This document shows, piece by piece, positions 35,886 through 46,055 of a stretch of DNA of 64,000 bases. The notes under the pieces are model-generated. The model had not been told where the DNA came from and did no database searches. It saw only the letters and a program-made list of their open reading frames with translations. The stretch comes from an uncultured Gammaproteobacteria bacterium (GTDB taxonomy: Bacteria > Patescibacteriota > Patescibacteriia > Magasanikbacterales > UBA922): the NCBI GenBank assembly GCA_964345045.1, contig CAYFPM010000001.1:375632-439631 (forward strand), in the 5' to 3' direction. Positions within the stretch are counted from its first letter, which is position 1. Each line of letters begins with the position of its first letter. The position numbers and the translations under genes were made by a program.

Positions 35886-36629
35886 TTATTTAAAAATCAA
35901 AACTGCGGCTGAAATAAGAACTACCAAACCAAATAAAATTTTCACCCATTCTGCTCCTTTTTTTAAGGCTGTATGAGCTCCTAGCCAACCGCCCACCAAC
36001 ATCCCCAGAAAAAGAGCAATTCCATATTCGATATTAACAATCCCATTCATCGTAAACATAATCAATGGAATTAAGGTTATAAAAATACCTGGAATTTTCA
36101 TGGTGGCGGCTGATTCTATTGTAGTGAATCCAAAAAAGATCATGTATACGTAGGCTGTAAGTGTAGCCCCGGCTGCTCCAAAAAAAGCTCCCCAAGTTTG
36201 GGTTAAAAAATTTAAACAGTAACCAATGAAATTTTTGAATTTGCTGTGTTCACGGTTGATAGTTCCTATTTCTTTTTTGTAAAAAAGCAAAGGTAAAAGT
36301 GCCAAGATAATAATACTAATCAAAACTTCCAAAATTTTTCTATCAATATTCAAAAGTAATTGAGCTCCTAAGTAAGAAGAAAAAATAGCCATGATAGAAA
36401 AAGCTGGCACATATTTCCATTGGATTTTGTCGCTTTTTACATATCTAGACAAAGCTCCCAACAAAAGGCCAAATCCACCAAATTTGTTGGTAGCAATAGC
36501 TACTTGTGGTGGCACACCCATAAAAATTAAAAAAGGGATAGATACTAGTCCACCACCTCCAACCATAGCGCCAAACCAGGCGGCAAATGCCCCTACAAAA
36601 AATATCGCAATGTCGGCCCCAATGTTCAT
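35886..36629 (-). CDS. TauE/SafE-family (DUF81) membrane transporter
   Basis: 247 aa, 7-8 TM helices, GGGGLVSIPFLIFMGVPPQVAIATNKF signature. Confidence 0.7.
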   Translation of the reverse strand: MNIGADIAIFFVGAFAAWFGAMVGGGGLVSIPFLIFMGVPPQVAIATNKFGGFGLLLGALSRYVKSDKIQWKYVPAFSIMAIFSSYLGAQLLLNIDRKILEVLISIIILALLPLLFYKKEIGTINREHSKFKNFIGYCLNFLTQTWGAFFGAAGATLTAYVYMIFFGFTTIESAATMKIPGIFITLIPLIMFTMNGIVNIEYGIALFLGMLVGGWLGAHTALKKGAEWVKILFGLVVLISAAVLIFK

Positions 36630-36689
36630 AAGTTTTTTTAGATAATTTTACTTTTATTACTTGACATAGATTGAAATTTATGATATTTT

Positions 36690-37135
36690 GTTTTGTCATT
36701 GTTCGTGTTCCTATTGAATGCGTTCGGACCCTCGGTATCCGACATAAGACGATGAATGATATCCGCTTCTCGTTCGACTAACCTAGAACTTTAATCAAGG
36801 AAAGTCGACATGGAATGCAGGAAAATTGACAAGGGAATCCCCCCACGCCTCGCCATGAGATTGGGACGTAGCCGATCGTTGCGCGTACTTTCTCTAGTGC
36901 TTGAAGGTGGCAAGGAGGTATCCTTTTTACCTGCCTACGTTGCGTATGCAAGAGGCCGATTCCCGAGAGGAACGCCTTGCTTCTACGCACTAGGTAAGGA
37001 TCTAATCACTGGTCGGCCGTGCAAGGTTTTTAGCCGTCGGTTCTGTGAAGGATTTTTCCTAGTTACTTGGTGAAGCCTCGTCAATGCCTTTATTTGCCCG
37101 GACGGTCTGTTTTATCGGATCGTTCGGGCTTCTTC
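36690..37135. other. GC-rich (~52%) island without convincing ORF; candidate structured RNA or degraded cassette
   Basis: Sharp composition shift. Only an 87-aa Arg-rich ORF (36810..37073) with a weak SD is present. Minus strand contains GUCCGGGC and ACAGAACCGACGGCU (RNase P P4-like words), but their spacing is wrong for RNase P RNA. Confidence 0.25.
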
Positions 37136-37147
37136 ATTTACAAAAAT

Positions 37148-37663
37148 TTAGTCTTGTCTTTTTCTAACTCTTTCAATTTTTTCTTCTGGATCAACTTCGT
37201 AAACATCTTTGGCTCTGTCGATAAATAAAATACCGTTCAAATGATCAAGTTCGTGTTGGACTACTCTGGCAAAAAAGTTTTTGGCTTCGAAATCTAGATC
37301 ACTTCCATCAACTGCCATAGCCCGTACTCGCAAATGGCTGGCTCGCTTAACTTTGCCAAAAGTATGAGGGACAGACAAACAACCTTCCGAGTCTACATTT
37401 TTTTTGCGACTAAGAATCTCTATCTCCGGATTAACCAAAATCAGATCTTCTTTCAAAGAATTGTCAGCGTCTTTGCCAATTACACAAATGCGAATATTTT
37501 TGTCTACTTGTGGAGCAGCCAGACCAATGCCTTCGTAATGGTACATGGCTGGGATCATGTCTTCGCAAAATTTTTGCATTTCTGGGGTAAGCAATTCTTC
37601 TTTGGAGACAGTCTGTGATTCTTGGCGGAGAGATTCACGAGGTAAGGTAACTAGGGGTAACAT
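37148..37663 (-). CDS. def: peptide deformylase
   Basis: GIGLAAPQV, EGCLSVP, QHELDHLNG metal-binding motifs. Confidence 0.9.
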   Translation of the reverse strand: MLPLVTLPRESLRQESQTVSKEELLTPEMQKFCEDMIPAMYHYEGIGLAAPQVDKNIRICVIGKDADNSLKEDLILVNPEIEILSRKKNVDSEGCLSVPHTFGKVKRASHLRVRAMAVDGSDLDFEAKNFFARVVQHELDHLNGILFIDRAKDVYEVDPEEKIERVRKRQD

Positions 37664-37732
37664 ACTTTCTTTATCAATTTAAGATGAAATTGTCATTGCG
37701 GTCTAAAATCGCTCGCAATGACAGAGGATAGT

Positions 37733-39595
37733 TTAGGGATTTAAAATAGAAATTGGATTAGGATCTACTTTCCAGTTGGCAGGGATTATTTTATTCAATG
37801 CTATAAGCTGTTTTTGCCAATCTTTTTTTTCTAATTTTACAGTAATTACGTACCAAAATTGTTTTCTATAAAACTTTGGTTGCATTTCTACTGGAAGACT
37901 TATTTTAGCGGCAAAATTAGTTTTTGTCAACGCAGCTTTAAGATCTTTGGCCACTCTTTCGGCTTCATTTTTGGCAATTAATTTGTCTGGGTTACCATAA
38001 AAATATCTTACCAAGTAACTATATGGTGGATAAAACGTTTTCATGCGGTAGTTAAGCTCTGTACGATAAAATCTGTCTGGTTCAATTAAAGAACGAAAAA
38101 CAAGATGATTGGGGTTGTGAGTTTGGACAAAAATTTTGCTATTGTCTCGGGTTCGAAAATCAAACTCACCCAAAGTTTGCCACAAAGATTCGGCTGCTTG
38201 AAATTCTGGGATATTTAATTCCATGTCTGGATTGATCAAAATTACCAAATCAGTTTTGTCCCAACGTACATGCCGCTTGGCCATTTGGGTGCCAATTATG
38301 ATGCGTGGTTTTTTTGTATATGGCAAATCTTCTTCTATAGAACTATCAATTCTAATAATTTCGTAAGGGCAGTCTTTGCCTAACAAGTTTTTTACTCCTT
38401 CTTCGATAAATTCTGTACCTACACCACGTAATTCTACAAACTTGTCTTTGCAACGAGGGCAAGTAAAGTTGGCTGTAATTTTTATTCTACAGTAGTTGCA
38501 AGCAAACACATTTTGTTTGGCGTGGTAGATAAGTGGTTGGTTACATTTGTGACAAGTGTTTACAAAACTACAACTAGCACAATGAACAATAGAAGAAAAA
38601 CCAAGTTTATTAATATAAAGAAAAATATCACCGGTAGCATTTTTGATAGCTTCTTTTGCTTGGTCGGCCAAAACTCCATAATGCCCGGCTTTTTTTTCGT
38701 AGAGCATGTTTAATAGTTCTATTTTTTCGAGCGGGGGTAATTTGGTGGTGTTTGTGTCCAGACCGTTTTTGTGAATATCAAAATAAGCTTCTGAGCTAGG
38801 GGAGTGAGAAACAAAAACAGTTTCAAGATTAGCTTTTTTGGCAATTAACTTGGCCAAATCTTTGGTATGAAATCTGGGGTTTTGATCCCAGTGTTTGTGA
38901 TTATTATCTCCTTCAAAAAGAATAACAATTTGATCAAAATGAAAAATTGGCAAAAGCAAAGTACCTCTAGTACCTATAATAATATTTTTTTCTTCGTTTC
39001 TAATTTCGAGCCAGCGTTCAAATTTTTGTTTGGTGCTAAGGGCACTGTGCCAAACTACAGTTTCTTTTTGTTTCTCAATAGAAAGATTTTTTTTGACTTC
39101 ATCTATCAAATAAACTTCGGGGACTACAAAAATAGTTTTTTTGTTTTTTTCCAAAAGTGTTTGGATAACTTGTTTTTGTTCATCTGGGTTTTTTACAATA
39201 AAAAATTTTTCTTTCTTGTCACCCTTTGGGGGACTTTCTTGCCCTATTATTTGTTTAAATTCTACTTTTTTAAGTTTGTTTTTTTGCAAAGGCAATAAAC
39301 TCATCTGTGCCAAAGTGGGTAGGGAAGTGGCATAAATTTGAGAAAGTTCTTTTAGATAATTTATAAAATTTTCTGTTACAATTGGTTCTTGGTTTACTAT
39401 CGATGTTACATTTTTTAATTTTGGGTCATCTTCATTTTTCAATCGCAAAACCAAGCCAAAAATTTCTGACTTGCGAAAGGAGATTTTTACCAGTTGGCCA
39501 ACTTTTATTTTTTGGGCCAAATCTGCCTCTACATTGTAATCAAAAAAAGATATTGCACGGGGCAATCTCTTTAGTGGGATAACTTCGGCAATCAT
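37733..39595 (-). CDS. priA: primosomal protein N' (PriA)-like protein lacking Walker A and with degenerate Walker B
   Basis: PriA blocks: KKTIFVVPEVYLIDEV, VVWHSALS...ERW, IIIGTRGTLLLP, VFVSHSPSSEAY, Cys-rich Zn cluster CASCSF...CHKC...CNYC...CPRC. The GxGKT P-loop segment is absent and DEEH reads FEGD. Confidence 0.55.
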   Translation of the reverse strand: MIAEVIPLKRLPRAISFFDYNVEADLAQKIKVGQLVKISFRKSEIFGLVLRLKNEDDPKLKNVTSIVNQEPIVTENFINYLKELSQIYATSLPTLAQMSLLPLQKNKLKKVEFKQIIGQESPPKGDKKEKFFIVKNPDEQKQVIQTLLEKNKKTIFVVPEVYLIDEVKKNLSIEKQKETVVWHSALSTKQKFERWLEIRNEEKNIIIGTRGTLLLPIFHFDQIVILFEGDNNHKHWDQNPRFHTKDLAKLIAKKANLETVFVSHSPSSEAYFDIHKNGLDTNTTKLPPLEKIELLNMLYEKKAGHYGVLADQAKEAIKNATGDIFLYINKLGFSSIVHCASCSFVNTCHKCNQPLIYHAKQNVFACNYCRIKITANFTCPRCKDKFVELRGVGTEFIEEGVKNLLGKDCPYEIIRIDSSIEEDLPYTKKPRIIIGTQMAKRHVRWDKTDLVILINPDMELNIPEFQAAESLWQTLGEFDFRTRDNSKIFVQTHNPNHLVFRSLIEPDRFYRTELNYRMKTFYPPYSYLVRYFYGNPDKLIAKNEAERVAKDLKAALTKTNFAAKISLPVEMQPKFYRKQFWYVITVKLEKKDWQKQLIALNKIIPANWKVDPNPISILNP

Positions 39596-39605
39596 TGTCT
39601 AATGT

Positions 39606-40379
39606 TTATATAGAAAAATGGGCAGTAAGATAGCCTACACCGTAGGGATGTTCGTACGAGTTTATAGTAAGGCGATAATTGATATTTTTCAAGATACCCA
39701 TAAGAATTAAGATAGATCTATAGCCACATTCTTCCAAATCTTTGGATTTTGACTCTAATTCTAGCAAAGACTCTATATCTTTGTCGGCTAGAGCTTGCAT
39801 TATAGTTTCGTCAAATTTTTGAGCCAAGCTGTCTTCGACATTTGCTCCATGAGCTAGATCTCCAGAAGCAATCACGGCTACTTTTTTGTTTCCTTCCATG
39901 ATTATTTCTTTGATAAGCTTACCAAAGGCAATATGGTCTGGGCCAGCCAAATTGCTATAACCTATCGGCAAAATTTTGGTTTCTTTTAAATGTTCGGTTA
40001 GATAATACAAAGGAACTGTAGATCCATGATCCAAAGTTTCATCACTTACAATTGTAATTGGGATATGTTTTTTTTTGGCACAATGATTTATTTTTGTAGC
40101 AAAGTTGGTATCTCCTTGCCAAGTTGGGTTGGTAGTTAAGTCTCCAAATTTTTGGAATTGTGATACAAAATGGGTATTTGAATTAATAGAAAAAGAATCT
40201 GCAAACAAAGCACTATGAGGAGATATAACAATTATTAAATCTGGTTTGCAGAGGTAGAGGCTTTCTTCCAATTCTTTCATGGCTTTTTGGGTGTGGGCCA
40301 AGTCAGACAATTTTTCTTTGCCTATATTTGGGATTAACACGGGTGGATGTGGGGTGATAGCAGCAAAACAAATAGACAT
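39606..40379 (-). CDS. class III extradiol dioxygenase-like / AmmeMemoRadiSam system protein B-like (LigB/MEMO fold, tentative)
   Basis: ITPHPPVLIP, VISPHSA, ASGDLAHG motifs typical of the LigB/MEMO1 family. Confidence 0.45.
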   Translation of the reverse strand: MSICFAAITPHPPVLIPNIGKEKLSDLAHTQKAMKELEESLYLCKPDLIIVISPHSALFADSFSINSNTHFVSQFQKFGDLTTNPTWQGDTNFATKINHCAKKKHIPITIVSDETLDHGSTVPLYYLTEHLKETKILPIGYSNLAGPDHIAFGKLIKEIIMEGNKKVAVIASGDLAHGANVEDSLAQKFDETIMQALADKDIESLLELESKSKDLEECGYRSILILMGILKNINYRLTINSYEHPYGVGYLTAHFSI

Positions 40380-40382
40380 ATT

Positions 40383-42632
40383 TTAAAAATTATTAATTGC
40401 CCATTTGGCAAATTTTTCTGGTTCGGCAAATTTATTGGCATGGTCAGGATTGCCCAAAGTAATTAATATAAAATTTTTCCCATCTTTTTTTCTTTTTACA
40501 TTCATTACCAAATTATCTCCAGCTTCTTCTAGATAACCGGTTTTGCTGGTAATTATATCAAAAGGTAAACCCGCTCGTCTGGTTAGATGATTACTGTGGT
40601 TGTCAAAATGTCTTGGTTTGTTGTCTAGATCCAATCTTTCGTTATATTCATATTTTTTCATCCCCAAAAATTTGGCAACATCAATGTTTTTGGTAGCGTT
40701 TCGATAAACGGTTAAATATTCTTTGGCAGTAGAAACATTGCCCACTCCACCACCAGTTGGATCATCAAAATTAGTGTGGGCTAATTTCCAAGTATCAATT
40801 TGGCTGTTCATGCGATTTATAAATTTGGATTGATTTTTTTCTACAGAATCTACCAACATTTTGGCCGGAGTATTTAGCGAAGAAATTAGAGTAGCTTGCA
40901 AGAGATGTTTGTTCAAAACACTCTCACCTGGAGCAATACGGAAGCGATGGTAAATAGACTTGTGTTCACTTGGCACATAAGTAGTACTACGGTTTAGGTT
41001 TACACCTTCTTTCATTAGTTGGTAAGCAGTCATTACTTTGGTAAGGCTGGCTAGTGGACGGACAGTATCTATGTTTTTACCGGCCAAAATTTCTCCGGTT
41101 TCTGCATCGGCAACCAAGTAACTATCTATGTCTGTATCAAATTTTTCACCTACAAATTCGAATTTTTCCCTAGGAGTTACTACCATTTTGGCGCTAGAGA
41201 TAATTTCTACTACTTCTGCTTTGTTTGTGGTTGGTTTGTCTACTATCTGCAATTCTCGACGCATATAAACAGGCTGACCGGTAGGGTGATTGAGTCCGGT
41301 AAATTCATCGGTCCAGATAATATTGCTCCAATTATAACCCAGGACATTGAAAACCGTTTCATTGGCTATATGACGTTTTTTGCTATTTTCAATTACATAT
41401 ATTTTGCTAAAGCCTTTTATCCCTAGCAAAGTTCCATCTTTGAAAAGGATTGGCTCGGCACTAGTTAAAGGGTGTAGTTCTGTAGCCGAAACTTTTTCTA
41501 CAGACAAATGCGGAAAAACAGAATCAATAATCTGTTCGTCTGTAATAGCGTGATAAGTAGTATCTGTTAGGTAGTAGTAATTATTATTTTCTTTTACTTT
41601 TACCACTCTACCTAGGGCAGAGTTGGTATTTTCTCCAATTAGGTTGCCAGATTGGTAAGTGGCCAAGTCTAAACTAGAAATTTCGATTATTTCGTCTGGG
41701 TGATAGCCTAATTTTTTAACTACATTATAATTGGCAAATTTTCTGGATTTTTCATTGTCGAGTAGATAATAATTGGGCCCAGATTTGACTACAGAATAAT
41801 TTGGCAAGCTAATGTCTGGAGCAGATTCATAACGAGATAGTTCTGTATCTGGAGCTGTAATAATGTATTTGGGATCAAATCTAGTTTGCAGAGCTGTCAT
41901 GTTGGCAAAAGCTCTTTTTTTGCCATCTTGAATTAGGTAGACAGTATTATCACTTTGACCTTTTACCAAAGTTCCATCTGGATAAACTTGTTCAAACCAT
42001 CTTTGCCAAAGGATCCAAAAATTTTTATTACCCAAGATATGGGGAGTGTAGGTATAAAGAAATCCAGTAGCGAGAGAGAGTGGTCTTACTGTAGTAGAGT
42101 CTATTCTATAACTATAACCAGTTCGTTTGATCCAAGATTCTTTGTTTAGATTGTCGTAGTACCAACGCATAATAGCGGCTGCACTATCTACCTGCACGCC
42201 AAAGCCTTTGTGTTTTTGCAAAGTTGGATCAGACTTGCTGCAACTATCACAAATACCATATCCAGTGGCCCAGTCCAATTGTTTTTGACTAGGGTTTTTG
42301 GCACTAATTAGGCTTTGTTCTTTTTGTAATTTTACGAGTATATATTTGGGATTTATTTGGTGTTCTTTGGCTGCTCTGGCGATAATATCGGCAACTGTTC
42401 TTTGGGTTCCTTTGTAATCGGTTGTTTTGTAGTTGGCAATAAAACCAGATTGATCATCCAAAAAAGCTTGGATATCGGCTCTATTCATACTTTGCCAATT
42501 TTGCAGCTCAAAGTCGCTTAGCAAAAAATTGGGATCAAAATCTTCTTCGGCAGCCGCCAAAGAGGTAAATGGAGTTAGTAGCAAACTTAGCACTACTACA
42601 AAATTTGTCAGTTTAAAAGCTGTTTTTTTCAT
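40383..42632 (-). CDS. serine-type D-Ala-D-Ala carboxypeptidase (PBP5/DacA-like, S11) with ~450-aa N-terminal extension
   Basis: Signal peptide; C-terminal SLTK (SxxK), SSLN (SxN), KTG triad; long N-terminal domain of unknown function. Confidence 0.6.
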   Translation of the reverse strand: MKKTAFKLTNFVVVLSLLLTPFTSLAAAEEDFDPNFLLSDFELQNWQSMNRADIQAFLDDQSGFIANYKTTDYKGTQRTVADIIARAAKEHQINPKYILVKLQKEQSLISAKNPSQKQLDWATGYGICDSCSKSDPTLQKHKGFGVQVDSAAAIMRWYYDNLNKESWIKRTGYSYRIDSTTVRPLSLATGFLYTYTPHILGNKNFWILWQRWFEQVYPDGTLVKGQSDNTVYLIQDGKKRAFANMTALQTRFDPKYIITAPDTELSRYESAPDISLPNYSVVKSGPNYYLLDNEKSRKFANYNVVKKLGYHPDEIIEISSLDLATYQSGNLIGENTNSALGRVVKVKENNNYYYLTDTTYHAITDEQIIDSVFPHLSVEKVSATELHPLTSAEPILFKDGTLLGIKGFSKIYVIENSKKRHIANETVFNVLGYNWSNIIWTDEFTGLNHPTGQPVYMRRELQIVDKPTTNKAEVVEIISSAKMVVTPREKFEFVGEKFDTDIDSYLVADAETGEILAGKNIDTVRPLASLTKVMTAYQLMKEGVNLNRSTTYVPSEHKSIYHRFRIAPGESVLNKHLLQATLISSLNTPAKMLVDSVEKNQSKFINRMNSQIDTWKLAHTNFDDPTGGGVGNVSTAKEYLTVYRNATKNIDVAKFLGMKKYEYNERLDLDNKPRHFDNHSNHLTRRAGLPFDIITSKTGYLEEAGDNLVMNVKRKKDGKNFILITLGNPDHANKFAEPEKFAKWAINNF

Positions 42633-42662
42633 AGGTCTTTATTATAGCATATTTTGTAGGGT

Positions 42663-42759
42663 GTAGGCAGGAGGGAATAGGCAATAGGGTTTAAAGTTTA
42701 TTTCTATTCTCTATACCATATGTTTTTGGCAATAACCAATACTATTGCCTACTGCCTGT
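42663..42759. promoter_or_regulatory. imperfect ~25-bp inverted repeat in divergent promoter region
   Basis: gtaggcaggagggaataggcaatagg ... ctattgcctactgcctg between the dacA-like gene (minus) and rsmI (plus). Confidence 0.3.
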
Positions 42760-42843
42760 TGCCTCTTATCTTCTAAATTTATTAAAAAGTATCTCAACCT
42801 AAAAAGTTGAAATAAGTTACTTATTTGTTATACTTACCTCCAT

Positions 42844-43512
42844 ATGACAGGAAACTTATACATGGTTGCCACTCCGATTGGCAATTTGGGGGATATTAGT
42901 GTTCGGGCTTTGGCTACCTTGAAAGAGGTAGATTTAATTTTGTGCGAAGACACCAGAGTTACGAAAAAACTTTTGAATCATTTTGAAATAAATACTCCAA
43001 CCAAGAGTTATCATCAACATAGCAATGTAAAGAAGTACAAAGAAATATTGAATTTGCTTGAGAATGATCAAAGCATAGCTCTCGTTACAGATGCTGGTAC
43101 GCCTGGGATTTCGGATCCTGGCAACGAACTAGTTGCTTATTTAACAGAAAATTTGGAAGATCTAAAAGTAATTCCCGTGCCTGGTGCATCTGCCATGGTT
43201 TCCGCGCTATCTATTTCTGGTTTTCCTACAGACAAATTTATTTTTCTCGGTTTTCCACCACACAAGAATAAGCGTAAAAAATATTTTGAAGAATTGGCCA
43301 AAGAAAAAAGAACCGTTGTTTTTTACGAGTCGTCTCACAGAATTAAAAAAGCTTTGGCAGATTTGCAAAGTGTTTTGAGTAAAGACAGAAAGGTAATGAT
43401 TGCTAGAGAATTAACTAAAAAATTTGAAACTATATACAGGGGGACAATTGAAGAATTGTTGGAAATGAATATTTCGGAAAAGGGAGAGTTTGTGGTGGTG
43501 GTAGGAAAATAA
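42844..43512 (+). CDS. rsmI: 16S rRNA (cytidine1402-2'-O)-methyltransferase RsmI
   Basis: LYMVATPIGNLGDISVRALATLKEVDLILCEDTR... tetrapyrrole-methylase fold of the RsmI type. Confidence 0.8.
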   Translation: MTGNLYMVATPIGNLGDISVRALATLKEVDLILCEDTRVTKKLLNHFEINTPTKSYHQHSNVKKYKEILNLLENDQSIALVTDAGTPGISDPGNELVAYLTENLEDLKVIPVPGASAMVSALSISGFPTDKFIFLGFPPHKNKRKKYFEELAKEKRTVVFYESSHRIKKALADLQSVLSKDRKVMIARELTKKFETIYRGTIEELLEMNISEKGEFVVVVGK

Positions 43513-43592
43513 ATTTTGTTAATTAAAAATAATTAAATCAAGCTTTGGCTTGATTTTTTTGTGTATTTGTTTTAGGTTTAGATTAAGGAGGT

Positions 43593-44006
43593 GTGTCTAT
43601 GACACCCAAAGAAATTGAGAGAAATAGGATTAAATTCCTTTTGGATGTTCTTTCTGTTGATAAGCCCAATGGTTGGAGGGTTCTAGAGATCCCAAAGGAC
43701 AAAAGAGGAAATTGGCTTTGCCAAAGTCCGGGTTCTCCATTTACAAACTTTTCACAATTAAATCCAATATTGAGTGATTTGAGATTTTTTGGTTATCTTG
43801 GTCAAAGAAAATCCAGATCCCCGTGGCACTGGTGGAGGTGGAACCCTTTTACCAAAGAACCTATGGCTGAAAAAAATCCCTATAACGAGGCCTATGCCAA
43901 ACAAAGGAACGCTGCGATTGTAGCATCCAGAGGTAAAAGAGGTGTTCCTTTCCAGGATCCGATTAATTGGAGCCTTATTGATTTTGGGGGAAATAATGGG
44001 GTTTAG
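43593..44006 (+). CDS. hypothetical protein (Trp-rich)
   Basis: Strong AAGGAGG SD 8 nt upstream; 137 aa with SPWHWWRWNPF segment; no recognised family. Confidence 0.4.
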   Translation: MSMTPKEIERNRIKFLLDVLSVDKPNGWRVLEIPKDKRGNWLCQSPGSPFTNFSQLNPILSDLRFFGYLGQRKSRSPWHWWRWNPFTKEPMAEKNPYNEAYAKQRNAAIVASRGKRGVPFQDPINWSLIDFGGNNGV

Positions 44007-44166
44007 TTTTTTGTGCCTTATCCCGAATCGTTTAGGAGTCATTACCGAACTTGCCGTGCCTTTGTAAGTCGGTCAAATCCCATTATTTATGAATGATCGT
44101 AAATAGTGGGTTTTTTCTTGTAATTTATAGGCTTTTTTGCTAATCTTAGTTGGTTAACAAAAGTTT

Positions 44167-45666
44167 ATGAAACCATTTTATATCACTACAACTCTGCCAT
44201 ATGTAAACGCTGATCCACATATTGGCTTTGCTTTGGAAATTATCCAGGCCGATGCTGTAGTTCGCTACCAACGCCTGCTTGGTAACGAAGTTTTTTACAA
44301 CACTGGTACAGACGAACATGGTCTAAAAATTTATAGAAAAGCTGTAGAAGCAGGCCAAGATCCGCAAGCATATTGCGACGAGTATGCTGCCAAGTTTCGT
44401 GAATTGGAAAATCTTTTAAATTTAGACAATCCAACCTTTATTCGCACTACCGACGAGCATCATGTAAAAGCAGCACAAGAGTTTTGGAAGCTGTGCGAAG
44501 CCAAGGGAGATATTTACAAAAAAAATTATCAAGTAAAGTATTGTGTTGGTTGTGAATTAGAAAAAACAGATTCCGAATTGGTCGATGGCAAATGTCCTAT
44601 TCACCCTAGCTACGAATTGGAATTGATTGATGAAGAAAATTATTTTTTCAAATTTTCCAATTATCAAGATAAACTTTTGGAATTTTATGACAATAACCCA
44701 AATTTTGTAATCCCTACCCACAGACAAAAAGAAATTGCTGCTTTTGCAGAGCGTGGCTTACAAGATTTTTCAATTTCCAGAATCAAAGAAAAAATGCCTT
44801 GGGGCGTGCCGGTTCCAGGAGACGACGAGCATGTAATGTATGTTTGGTTTGATGCACTTGTAAATTATATTTCCACCCTTGGTTGGCCTGGTGACCAAGA
44901 AAATTTTGATAAGTTTTGGGGCACAGAAGAAAGCCCAAATGCTATTCAAGTGGCTGGCAAAGATAATTTGCGTCAGCAAACTGCGATGTGGCAAGCCATG
45001 CTTATGTCTGCCGATTTGCCAAGCAGCAAGCAGGTTTTTATACATGGTTTTGTTACTAGCGAAGGCCAAAAGATGAGCAAGAGTGTGGGCAATGTTGTAA
45101 ACCCATACGATGTGGTAGAAAAGTACGGAGTCGACGCTTTGCGTTACTACATTTTGGGAGCTGTACCAGCTAGCGAAGATGGAGATTTTTCTGTAGCTAG
45201 ATTCGAAGAGTTTTATACAGCTCATTTGGTAAATGGGGTAGGGAACCTAACTTCTCGGGTTCTAACAATGCTAGAAAAATACTGCAATAATTGTTTGGAA
45301 GAAAAATCGGCGGATAATTTTGATATTAAAAAATATTGGGATAGATATACTAACCATGTTGAAAATTACGAATTTGAAGAAATGGTAAAAGTTTCACAGG
45401 ATTTGGTTTGTGTATGTGACAAGCTTATAAATGAAGAAAAGCCCTGGGAGAAAGTAAAAAATGGTGAAAATATTGATGGCTTAATTTATCAGCTTGCAGA
45501 ATCGCTTCGTCATATAGCTCTTATGTTACTTCCAATTATCCCAAACGCTGCCGAGAAAATTTTGGAGCAACTTGGAGCAGGGGAAATTAGAAGTCGAGAT
45601 TGGGGAGGATTGCCAGAAGGTGGTATAATAAAAAAAGGAGAAATACTTTTTCCTAGATTGAATTAA
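44167..45666 (+). CDS. metG: methionine--tRNA ligase
   Basis: HIGH-type PHIGF, KMSKS, single CxxC...CPIH zinc knuckle; 499 aa (no C-terminal tRNA-binding extension). Confidence 0.9.
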   Translation: MKPFYITTTLPYVNADPHIGFALEIIQADAVVRYQRLLGNEVFYNTGTDEHGLKIYRKAVEAGQDPQAYCDEYAAKFRELENLLNLDNPTFIRTTDEHHVKAAQEFWKLCEAKGDIYKKNYQVKYCVGCELEKTDSELVDGKCPIHPSYELELIDEENYFFKFSNYQDKLLEFYDNNPNFVIPTHRQKEIAAFAERGLQDFSISRIKEKMPWGVPVPGDDEHVMYVWFDALVNYISTLGWPGDQENFDKFWGTEESPNAIQVAGKDNLRQQTAMWQAMLMSADLPSSKQVFIHGFVTSEGQKMSKSVGNVVNPYDVVEKYGVDALRYYILGAVPASEDGDFSVARFEEFYTAHLVNGVGNLTSRVLTMLEKYCNNCLEEKSADNFDIKKYWDRYTNHVENYEFEEMVKVSQDLVCVCDKLINEEKPWEKVKNGENIDGLIYQLAESLRHIALMLLPIIPNAAEKILEQLGAGEIRSRDWGGLPEGGIIKKGEILFPRLN

Positions 45667-45671
45667 AAAAT

Positions 45672-46052
45672 ATGGACAAAAAAATCCATACAGAACTTTC
45701 TACATTTTTGGTAAAAAAAGGTAAAGAAGCTAGAGCAGAAGAATGGATGAAACTTTTGCAAGAAAAACAGGCAGAATGTGTAGAAACTTTACCAAGAGAA
45801 CAAATGCTTTTTGAATCAGTATTTAAATTTTATAAAAATGAAAGAATGTATTTGACTTGGTTTTCTGTGCAAAAAGAAGGTCATAAAAAGATTGATACTT
45901 CTGAACATGAAATTGATAAACTCCATTTACAATTTTGGAATGAATGTTTGGAAAGAAATAAAGAAACAGGGGAATTTCCTTCTGATGATCATCAGCATGT
46001 GGTTTCTTTTTTACCAAAAGAATTAGAAGAAATTTTTAATAAACTATATTAG
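45672..46052 (+). CDS. hypothetical cytoplasmic protein
   Basis: 126 aa, helical; 5-nt gap after metG. Confidence 0.4.
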   Translation: MDKKIHTELSTFLVKKGKEARAEEWMKLLQEKQAECVETLPREQMLFESVFKFYKNERMYLTWFSVQKEGHKKIDTSEHEIDKLHLQFWNECLERNKETGEFPSDDHQHVVSFLPKELEEIFNKLY

Positions 46053-46055
46053 TTT

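Noticed and set aside
36810-37073. 87-aa Arg-rich ORF inside the 36690-37135 GC island
   Set aside because: Composition (about 20% Arg, Cys-rich) looks like translated GC-rich non-coding DNA. Kept only as a note within the candidate ncRNA feature.
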